From Vicugna vicugna (lineage: Eukaryota): a stretch of DNA of 64,000 nt. Shown here piece after piece: positions 1 to 10,192 of the stretch (position 1 is its first letter; every line of letters begins with the position of its first letter). A program made the translations under genes and the position numbers. The stretch lies in NCBI GenBank assembly GCA_013265495.1, contig MU058584.1, positions 7,468,407 through 7,532,406 on the forward strand, given 5' to 3'. A model generated the notes under the pieces. It was given only the letters and a program-made list of their open reading frames with translations, searched no databases and was not told where the DNA came from.

Positions 1-260
1 GAATGGATTGGAGGAGGACAAAACTGGATTGGGGAGTTGTTAGAAAGCTATTGCTGTGGTATCTGTAGCTTGGTCTGGGGTGGTTGAGGGAATTTGATAG
101 AAATGGATGAATTTAAGAGATTTTTTTTTCGAAAGGTGAAATTTGACGTAACTCATCTGTAAGCTTCTTGAGACTATGAGCCATTGTCTCGTTCCATGTT
201 CTATCACCAGCAGACATGGCACTGATAAGTGGCGCTAAGTAACTATTGCTTGAGTGAAGA
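1..260. mobile_element. Degraded L2 fragments
   Basis: Purine-rich antisense L2-like segment (1-125) and an L2 3'-end-like segment (aagcttcttgag...tattgcttgagtgaa). Confidence 0.5.
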
Positions 261-1700
261 TGTGATTAAGCAAATAAATAGGTAAATTCGGTGTAATAAT
301 TCATCATGTCCTGGTATCTCAAGTGCTAAACCAAATTATTGAATTACAGGGTAAAATTACCATTAGAGATAGATTATCTTAAAATTTTCTTAATTTTCAT
401 CATTGAAGATTAATGGATTCTTTTTTCCCCCTCCGATTATATAGCTTCCTGGATTGAAGATAGTTTAAGTAGAAAATAAATTCCCCAATGTCATTTTCAT
501 ACATGGTAAATGTATTTTGCACAGTTATTGGGAGGCACTTAGGAAAAGGCAAGGCATTGGAATAAAATAGAAACTATCATTTCAAAAGGATTTTGGATTT
601 AGATTTTTTACATTAATACTTTAAAGTCAGAGTTGGAAAAAAAAAAGAAATGATGGCTTTTATTTAAAATATTCCAAAATAAAAAATTTTAAAGAATAGA
701 ATGTTTTGATTCAAGGAGAAAAGAGCCTTCTTTTTCTTAATAGCAATGAGAAATGTGTAAATGATCATTTAAAATCTCTGAAAAACAGAGGACTGCTAGT
801 TTATGTATAATAATAGCACACAGCCAACATTTGTTTCGTTTCTATAGTCCAACACGAAGATTAAAATCATAATGGACTACTCCTAGGAAAGTAGGGTGAT
901 TTGACAGAAGCGTTTCCAGTGGAAATGTACAAACCTTACAGTAGTGAAGAAAATCCAAAATCTGCATTGAAATAAGGACATTCTTTGGACTCTTAAAAAA
1001 TTACAGGCCTCATTTTTGTGGGTTGAAGTGTTTGGATAGCTTGATAAGGAGATTATATAATTCCCTTATAGGGATATTTACTTAGTATTGTTTTTATTAT
1101 GTGGCTGCAACAGATGACAAATGTAACTTCGGTAATAGGAAACAAAATGACAGCTACATCCCAGAATGGCCAAAGTTGTGAGACTGAGAAGTTATAGAAA
1201 TCTTCAACTCTGTCCATTTTCACTCATACTCTCAAGATTCCATTTCCTGGGATGAGGTCATGATTGACCCTGTGAACACTAGTCACACTCCTCGCTGAGT
1301 TGTTTAGTTAGCCAAAACTTAGATTTTTTTAATTAAAAAAAAAGTCCCAATAAATATTAAACTTTAAAACATTTATATTACTTAAAATTCTTCATGATGA
1401 TAGTTGTGCATGTGTTTTTTCATATGCATAAGCTATCTTATGCTTTTTAATGTGGGATTAGTTTCATATAAACACTTCCACATTCTGGCATTATCCAAAG
1501 ATTTATAATTTAGAAAAATAGATGATATTATTCAAAAAACCATAATGGTAAATGCTACTTCAAATTTATTAAAAATACTTATAGATTCAAACCTACTCCC
1601 TCATAAGTATTATTTGTTGTACTCAAAAGTTTGTACTGGAAGAAAAATATTATGCTTTATATTACCTTTTCCTGGAAGAGTAAAATTTTAAAATGTGCCT

Positions 1701-1738
1701 CATACATACACACACACACACACACACACGCACGCACA
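1701..1738. repeat. (CA)n microsatellite
   Basis: Direct reading. Confidence 0.95.
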
Positions 1739-3440
1739 ATTTATAAAACATTCTTTCAAGCTAAGTAAAAAAAAAAAAAAAGGTACCAATATGTTAACCT
1801 CATGTTTTAAGAGATGATTATTTGAAACGTTATCCTGGAGTCCCTTTGGAATCTGGTGAAATGGGACAGTCTCGTTTATGTTCTGACCCAGCTATTGTGT
1901 CATTCAGAGAGCTCTCAGTCACTGCCCTGGCAGTGCCTTGTAGGGTCCCATAGAATGATCTCTATGGGGACTCCTGTTGGTGGCGTCTGCTACAGGTTAT
2001 ATAAAGCATTTAAAATGGGGTGATACTATGTAAATATTCTGTGAGGCATTTTTTATATTGCCTTCCTGTTTATATTTTACATTTTGTGAACTCTTGTTTA
2101 CTACTTTATTTACTAGTCATGGGACTGTTATTTAAGGTAAAAAAAACCTTCACTGCACAATTTATTTTGCAGTAGCACATTTTAAGGGATGATGTATTTC
2201 CTTATGCCAGATTGTTAAATGCAAGAATTTAGCCTGGATCATATTTTTACTAATTAGCTTTGCCCAATCACTGTTTTTGTTGTTGTTGCTTTTAAGGAAC
2301 TATGTGTCAGGTTTGGTAAAATATCACAAAATTCTTGAAATTTTGAACCTCTTGGGGTTTTTAGCCTTAAAACGAAATCTTTCATTTTAAAAATGAAATA
2401 TCTGAATAAAAATAGTTTGCTGTAGTCCAAAATACACACTTGAAATGTTTCGCTAGATTAAAAAAACAAAAATCTGGGGTAGTCTTGTGCAACATTTTTT
2501 GCAGTTTGACCAGAATCTTTCTAAGAAAGATGAAAATTAATTTTAGATACCAAACTTAAAACATTTTTGTGGGTCAACTCTAAGTTGACAAATTACTAAT
2601 TTTACCTGTTAAAATTAAAGGTGGGGAGCCACCTTTTACCCTTGAGTGTTTAAAATATTCATTCAGATATTCAAATATTACACAAGCCAATCCTGATGAT
2701 TTCACTCCAGTTCACAGAGTATGACTTGAAGTTTTGACATTTCCTCAAAAGATATGGCAAAATATACACTGCATATGCATTAATCCCTTTCTTTACTCTT
2801 TTTGAAAATAATTGAACTGCCAGAACATCTCAAGAGTTTGAAAGTTTACAGTGAGTTGGGAGCATGTGTATTGGCCTCGTAAATTCCACCTTAGAACTGT
2901 AGTTCCTTCTTAATTAAACAATGGCAGTAATAAATTCATGTACATCATGACACTTGGAAATACCAAAGCTTCAGTTTCAGCTTTCTATATATCAAAAGAA
3001 GAGAAACAGCTATTTTAATACAGTTGAAAAGTGTGTTGGAAATGAATACTCCTTACTATGTTTTACCCAGACCCAAACAGGCAGAGTTTGTTAACTCAAA
3101 ATACACGATTCCCTGGAATATTATCCCTTCGCTGTTTTTCTTTTATCCCTCTCTCTTAAAAAAATCATGCTATAGAAAACTGAACTTAGTTTTTGGAGTA
3201 GAATTATTAGAATCGCTTATTCTTTGTCGGGCATCAGGCTGATGTTGTCTTGTTCTATGCATTACAGGGTGCTGCGAAGCTGTGTACAGTGAATGTGTAC
3301 AAGGGTAGTAATTTACTGACAACAGTTAGGAAAAGAGAACTATAGAAAGCACATGAACAGTTTCAGAAATGGGTTTTATTATATTTCATAAGCACCACTC
3401 ACTTTACTTTTGGTGGGTTTCAATATTTGAATCAAAAGAA

Positions 3441-3480
3441 AATAATAATAATAATAATAAAAATAAAAATAATATTAATA
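3441..3480. repeat. (AAT)n microsatellite with degenerate tail
   Basis: aataataataataataataa... Confidence 0.9.
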
Positions 3481-3603
3481 CATACGAATTAAGAAACCGA
3501 CAGATTAAAACCCCAGGCCCCCGCGCCCCTCATTTTGGTTGTAGCTCTTGGTGTAGATGCTATGGTGTGAGGGCTGCTTTCTTTCAATGGCTGGTTGTCA
3601 TTC

Positions 3604-3713
3604 AGGCTGGGTTGTCATGTGACTGCCTGTCTGTGCCTGCTGTACAGGTGAGCGGATGTTCTGCACAGCAAGTGTAGACAGGCAGACACATGACAACTCC
3701 GTCCAGCCAGGCC
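3604..3713 (-). ncRNA. MIR214: pre-miR-214 hairpin; miR-214-5p 3663-3684, miR-214-3p 3622-3643
   Basis: The reverse complement gives UGCCUGUCUACACUUGCUGUGC (5p) and ACAGCAGGCACAGACAGGCAGU (3p), matching the known mature sequences, within a long stem-loop closed by GUUGUCAUGUG...CACAUGACAAC. Confidence 0.99.
3614..3694 (+). ncRNA. MIR3120: pre-miR-3120, mirror miRNA antisense to miR-214; 5p 3626-3646, 3p 3664-3684
   Basis: The plus strand reads GTCATGTGACTGCCTGTCTGTGCCTGCTGTACAG...CACAGCAAGTGTAGACAGGCAGACACATGAC, the miR-3120 precursor as I recall it. It folds with 3 G-U pairs and a few 1x1 mismatches. Expression in this species is not demonstrated. Confidence 0.85.
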
Positions 3714-6700
3714 CTTGGTTCCTTCGGGTTTCCTTTGCTCATGGGCAGATACAATCATTCTGTTTTCCAGATTTGGTGGTTTTGGAGGGCCAGGGGAAAG
3801 GGAGAAAAAACACACAATAGAATTAAACATTAAAACGTTATGGAGCTAAAAACAAGTTAGACTTTTGACTTTATTCAGATAGTACACTTATACATTTGTT
3901 CCAAATGTGCTAACATGGATGATTGACATAACAGAAAACTCACATTGAAATTTTAAGGAAAAACAACAACAAAAAAGACTAAACACAAGGTTTATTCTTA
4001 AATCCAATTCATATTACTCCTGGCCCACATGCAGTCAGAGTTCAGAGTAATTGAACCAGATGTTTTTCCTCTTCACAAAAGCTCTGCATATTTTAAAACT
4101 GAAGTTAAAGATAAAGACTATGTTTATACATGTCTCTTATAGGAGATAAGTACCATAACCTTGCCCATGAAAAAGAAACTTGTCATTTACATGGAAAGGG
4201 CAGCCATTTTCCAAATAATTAATGAGCCTAATGTATTTGACAACTCTACCAGCCGACTTTGGTATCTGATGCTTTGATAGTTGGGTTTTACAATTAGATG
4301 CATTTTTTTCAATATTTTATTAAACAGTAGGAACTTATTGACATTTCTCATATTCCTCTCAATGCAAACTTTTTTTTAGTATGGATGTGAAAACCAAATA
4401 AAAAGCAGTTGTGAGCTTAAGTTCTCCCTCTCTTAATTAACTATAAGGTTGTGCCATGAATCAAAAGAGGTATAAACTAAAAAGTTGTTACCCACAGTGA
4501 TGCTCATAATGTGTTTTGGATGTTGTCAGTGCAATACAGTTACAAAATAGTACCTTAAACACAGAAAAGGAAACTTCATTTCATATACAAAATGTAAAAC
4601 CAGACCCTTTGGAAAATTTCCTTAGAGTTCATATAAGAATTCATATAAGGAAGAGTTAATAGTGTTAAATATACAGTTAGAAAATTTAATTCTGGTGAGT
4701 TGAGAATAATTCTACTGATTATTTTAATATAAATGATCCATTCATATCCATAGATGTATTTAACAAATTCCCCTTCTCTTAAAAAAAAATTTGGATAGTC
4801 GAAATTCCAAAAAGTGGAATTTCTTAAAAAACAAAACAAAACCTTTATGTTCCAAGGAGTGTGTACTTAAGGGTTTTTTTCAAGGAAGTGTAAGGAAAAC
4901 AGTTTATTTCCCTTTAATTGTAAAATTCTGAGAATAAGTTTATGGAGAGCAAAAAAGTTTTTAGAGACTGAAAAAAGTGAGTTTTTTATACATCTGAACT
5001 TCTATGAAGTAATTAGATATGGTACAATTTTAACAAAGAGTTGATAAGAGCAATTTTCCATTTATTTAATTTCAAAAAAAAAAGTGTCTGATTCTGTTTC
5101 TAGTCATCACTTCTGAGTAGAGGACTGTTTTTTTCTTGACAGAATCAAAAACGTCAGTAGATTTGGCTAGTATTTAAGTAATTACAAGGCCAGATTATGC
5201 AAAGACAGATACCTTAAGAAACTATTTTGTTATTGTCGCTGCATTCAGTGCAACAGAAAATATTTATGGAGTGATTCACTTACAAAGAATATTTTGGTGG
5301 AAATTTAAAATTACTGTAATTCTGTATAGCTTTCCCCTCTCTCTCCCATAAATAATTTGATCCAGTTAACTCTGCATAAAGGAATGATGTGTGCAACCTG
5401 AAAAAATAGAAAGAAATATTTGTGAGTTCATGTTGTCCTTTAATATGAAACAGTTCTATTAAAACAAGATACTCCAATTTATTTGAGCCTCAAAAGCCAT
5501 AACTGTTTTTCAGAGGGAAAAATCTTGCTGAAAAATGATTTTATTCTACTCATAAGATTCAGAACAATTGATGTTTCTAATAGACTTTTTAAATGTAATT
5601 ATAATGAGTGTGTGGCATATGGACACTTCATAGTTACGTTGAACCTGCCCGTAAGCTTTTTAAAAAGATAGAAGGTGGAAAAAACATTTAGGGCTTTTTC
5701 TTACCTTCCAAATTATACAGAGAATATTAATTATCACTTAAAATACTAGCTAAAATATGAGAGCTATTTACATTATTATCATACCATGTAATTTTTAATA
5801 CAGTCTTTATACCTTATTTCTTTTTTATATTTTATTTATAATCTTAAGAAAGAAATGCAACAAAGTGAATCATCTTCTACAATAAAATTAAACCAAAGCA
5901 ACTCCAGGAAACTGGCTGTCACGATAAGTCAGGAAATTCAAAATTAAGATTTAATTATTTTCCTTAATTTACTTCATTATCTCTATTTATTAAAACTGAT
6001 AAAAATTCTTAATAAGAGACTTTCAAAAAATAGGTAAATATTTCTATCTACATAATTTGTAGCACACCAAGGTTTATAAAGTAGGAGAAACCAAGTAAGA
6101 AAGAGTCTTTACTCAGGAATTTCCTGTCTTCTCTTAGGTTAAAGCCTGACCTTCTAGTTATTTAAGCTGAAAGTTATGAGTGATGGTCTCTTAGTTATTA
6201 TTTAGACATTATTGAGATGGTGGGATAGTCTTTTTAGAGAAGAGGAAAATTTTTTTTTTTTTAAGAGCAAATCTCTTGTAGATTTGCTTTTCTTTAGTCA
6301 AGATGTATGCTGGATGAGGGAACTTGTTGCATTACCAAGTTGTATTTTCCTATTATTTCCTATAGCAGCTTTAAGACTTCAACTGGGGGAAAAAAGGAGG
6401 GGGGAGGGGGATTTCTTCATTAGGAGTTTTGTGCCTAAACTCTTTCCCATAGAGTGAAAAACTTGGGTGGTCTGTAGGGCAAGAGGCGAGGGCAGATGGT
6501 ATATTTTCGTTTTTGAAAAATATAAACACATTATCTGGGCCGAAAGCTCAAATGCCAGGCAGGAAGGATATTAAACCTATTGACTAATTGCAAGCAAGTG
6601 ATCAGTGTGAAATTTTTCCCTCTTGTAAATAAACTTTCTTTGGTTTTGAGATCTATGGCTTAAAAAGGCGGAGTTGGGTTTAAAATGTAAATATATTGTT

Positions 6701-9354
6701 TTATATTGGTCCTTTTCCAATTAAGAAATGATGGTGTTGAAGGGAAGGCTCTGAATTTCTTTCTCTTTGATAATGGAAAGCATTCTCCTTTTAACTCAGT
6801 ACCTAGTCTAATTTATCAATCACCATCCACTAAACTGAAAAACAACTACTAAGTTTCTATGAAGTCCAGTTTGGACAGGCCTTTCAAACAAGCTTCTCTT
6901 TCTGAAGATGTACAATTTTCAGTTTTAATACTTACACTTACCATCATATCCAGGGGTAGTTTTAGTTGAAGATGTTCACTGCTGGTTAGTTTCCTCTGGA
7001 ATAGATCCCATGATCCCTAAAATATTTGTATATCTCCTTATAAAGTAATATCAAAATAAAATTAAACATTATTTTAATTACCCTGGAAATAGATAAGATT
7101 ATTTTACGATACGTGTGTGTTCATGTCGGTGTATGTACCAGCGTATAAACTGTCATCCTCCCTTCAGTCAGCAGATGTTTATCAAGTAAGCTTTTACTTT
7201 TGATTTTTAATTTAGTTTAAAAATAAGTACTATTCCTTCCCATTTGTTAAAAGTTTGCATCAAAAATGGATTGTCAGCAGAGCTCCGCGAAGCACGTGCA
7301 GGGGCTCCTCAGTTACCCCTTTGCAAATTAATTCGTACGTTCCTACTCCTGTACTTACGCCAAGGACACCCTCCGGTCCCCTCTGTCTCCAGACTAAAAG
7401 TCATCTTGATGGAGAAAATCGGTGAGGAACCAGTGGTAGTTTCTTTGAAACAAGAAGGCCATTTAATATGAAGAAAGATATTTAAATTAAATATACATGA
7501 AATGAAAGCAAGATAGGAAATCCAGTCATTTCTATGGAGTGAAAAAAAAACCCCAAACCCCCCCAAATTTGAGAAACCTTAATATTGCCAAAATACCTTA
7601 TAGCTATCTTCTTTAGTGACTGTATCAATTACTAAAAATATATTTTTTGAAAAAATAAGCTCCTATAAAATACATCTAATAGATTTTGTTTCAGTTTTTC
7701 TATGTAAAAGAAACATAGGAAACAGATTTTTTAAAAATCTCACTTGTTCTGTTAAAAATAATTAATATGGAAGCCTTCGAGATATAATAGAAAAAATAAA
7801 GGATGACATTATTGTATCATTTAAGTGGAGAAAATAGCAAAAACAAATCCTTGCTCTTTATATTTTAACTAAAGCTGTAAATAAGAGAAAAAAAATTATG
7901 TTCTTTGAACCAGTTTTGGAATGATCAGAGGGGTAATTTTTAAAATAAGTTGTTGTGACAAAAGATAACTTGGGGAACCTTTGGTAATTAAATGTTTTGC
8001 CAAAGAGAACTTGGAACAATTTTTGAATTGCTGCAAAATGTATGATTTAGAAAAGGCTTTGTTTAGGAACCACTGTAACTGTGAAGAATTTAAAGGAGGA
8101 CAAAAGAGATTACATTCACTTTTCACAAAAGCCTAAAGAACAGACGTTTTCATTACATAGAATTGTTTGGGGGTAGATATAAATGAGGGTTGAGGCAGTA
8201 GCATTTTTCCAGAACTTTCTTTAAGGGACCCACCTCTTAAGTTCAGCATGGATCATATTGCAACCCAGACTTTCTCTATTCTCTCTATTGGGATTTCATT
8301 CAGCTTGAGGGTTTCCTCCCTCCTACCTTCCACCCCCTCTCCCACCATCCTTCACCCCCAGGACAGCTGGAAACTGACCAAAGAAAACTTTGCTTTCGTT
8401 TACAAATTCCTTTTTTATCAGTGGGTTTGTAGACAAAGTACCTTATCATCTTAAGAGCTCAGAGAAATAGAAGCATTGTAAAACATAGGCGCGGGGGCTC
8501 AGCTGACCAGCAGTTATCAACTATTCTTAGATTTAAAAAAAAAAAGAAAAGTAATACAGAGATGTATATTGGGATATGTGAAGATAGAGATTTCTATTCC
8601 CCGATTTAATTGGTTGCTGACTCTGTAAGTTCTAGGTTCGTGCTCTTTTCTGGACCGGTCCCATCTGCATTGTCTGGTAGGCAAAAACTTGGCAGCCTCT
8701 TCTTTTATTGTTAGCTACTATTATTCCCGATATTTATATTGCATAAGTAAATTATAAGAAAAGCCGTATTCATATAACATGTTAAAAATAGCAAGTATTC
8801 TTTACTTTGGGGCAAAATTAATTCAATCCTGGGATGTGAAATGTTATACTACAGTCCTCATTCAAGTAAGTTTTTAGGTCTCTGTATTATTAATTTCAAC
8901 AATTCAAAACTGTCCTCATTAAATTATTCTCGTGTGGGAGTCTTTTCATACTTCATTTCAAAGTGGGAAAACCTTTTAACTTCAGGAAATACTTATAACT
9001 CTTCGGAAATCCAGTACCATCTAGTCAGTCGCTATGTACCACACACTGTTGCTCTTGTAAAATTAAATGCAGAGCACTCGGTCCCACGGCTGCCTCAGTT
9101 TCTCTCGCATGTGAACACAAACCACCGGCTCCCCACCGCGGCTCTCCTGGTCCCAGCCCAGGTGAGCAGTCAAGAAGGCCTTACCCACAGGTCTTCCCTT
9201 GAGCAGTCCTTTCTCGGCAGTGTCCCCGAGGGCTTCTTGGTCTCTAGTGTGCAAAACCTGTGAAGAAAAACACTGGGTATGAGATTCGAAAAAGGAGCGA
9301 ACAAACGTCTTCTCCTTGGAAACAGCGACTGGTGTCCCCGGCCGTCCGTAGCGT

Positions 9355-9464
9355 TGTTGTCCCTTGCCCAGTCTAACCAATGTGCAGACTACTGTACAAC
9401 GGCATTGTCCTGAACAGGTAGTCTGAACACTGGGGCGACGGAGCAGGATCTCCAGAAGCTTCCA
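9355..9464 (-). ncRNA. MIR199A2: pre-miR-199a-2 hairpin; miR-199a-5p 9412-9434, miR-199a-3p 9374-9395
   Basis: The reverse complement gives CCCAGUGUUCAGACUACCUGUUC (5p), loop AGGACAAUGCCGUUGU (the a-2 paralog loop) and ACAGUAGUCUGCACAUUGGUUA (3p). A CNNC motif (CAAC, 9353-9356) starts 18 nt past the 3p end. Confidence 0.99.
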
Positions 9465-9673
9465 TCTATGTACTTAAAATCCTCTCCTGGTCTTTGGGAA
9501 AAGCCTCCCTTCCTGCACCAGGGGTTGCATTCGGCTTCCCCCCCTGAATTCTGCTGCCCCGACTGAGACTCAAGGGCTGTGATTTCCAGTCTTGACGTGG
9601 CACATTTGCTGCAGACTGGGGAACTGGCAATGAATTTAGGACCAGGAAAAGGGGGAGGGCTGGGCTGGAGAGT

Positions 9674-9683
9674 CCATATATGG
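9674..9683. promoter_or_regulatory. Perfect CArG box (SRF site) CCATATATGG
   Basis: Exact CC(A/T)6GG palindrome about 210 bp upstream of the miR-199a-2 hairpin. SRF dependence of this cluster has been reported in muscle. Confidence 0.7.
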
Positions 9684-10128
9684 GATGATGTCACCCTGGG
9701 GAGGTTTGGGTATGCGCTGTGCCGCTGGAGAGACCGCTAGAATCGCCTGCTCTCAGACATGGGTCTGTGCATAAAATGGTACCAGATGTTTTAGTGTAAT
9801 GTTAAGCAGTCATTTCATCTTCAGGCCAGATTTTTTTCCTCAACTGGGCAGGAAGTGGGCCCCAGTATGGAAAAGCTGTAAAAAAAAAAAAAAAGTTGAG
9901 ATGTACAGTTCTGCTGTGGCCAACTGAAAGTGCGTTCGTGGAGAAGTACAAATTTGCTGTCCGAGCCAGGCTAGAAAAGTAATTGGAAGATAGAGGATAG
10001 ATTAAAAAAAACAAAAGTAAACAGAAAGTTGAACACTGGAAGCCAGGGCTCATTTGGAAACCGTTTTGAGCTTTCCTGTGGTACTTTATTTTCTGGTATT
10101 TCACTCGTCAGAAAGGGCAGATAAGTTC

Positions 10129-10134
10129 ATTTTT

Positions 10135-10165
<31 letters not shown>

Positions 10166-10192
10166 TTCTCCCTCCTCCTCCTCCTCCTGTCT
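10129..10192. repeat. (CT)n/(CCT)n polypyrimidine tract
   Basis: Direct reading; about 60 nt of pyrimidines. Confidence 0.95.

Larger units (their letters stand above)
1550..9700 (-). ncRNA. DNM3OS: DNM3 opposite-strand lncRNA / pri-miR-199a-2~214 (both ends approximate)
   Basis: Both miRNA hairpins are on the minus strand in the known order (199a-2 upstream of 214). A CpG-rich, motif-dense region lies just upstream of 199a-2. Candidate minus-strand AATAAA signals (tttatt on +) occur at 2161-2166, 2105-2110 and 1565-1570. Exact TSS and polyA site cannot be read from sequence. Confidence 0.8.

Noticed and set aside
1920..1972. Two small inverted repeats (cactgcc/ggcagtg; cccataga/tctatggg) as a third miRNA or terminator
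   Set aside because: Stems of 7-8 bp are too short for a pre-miRNA and are expected by chance.
8782..8791. MEF2-consensus site TTAAAAATAG
   Set aside because: An all-A/T-rich motif in AT-rich DNA; not distinguishable from chance without conservation data.
8841..9263. 140-aa plus-strand ORF as a DNM3 exon or new gene
   Set aside because: No similarity to dynamin or any protein I recognise, and no coding-like composition.
9063..9694. Minus-strand ORFs of 101 and 105 aa overlapping or flanking miR-199a-2
   Set aside because: Non-ATG starts (GTG, TTG), no internal in-frame ATG for the upstream one, no recognisable domain; explained by local GC richness.
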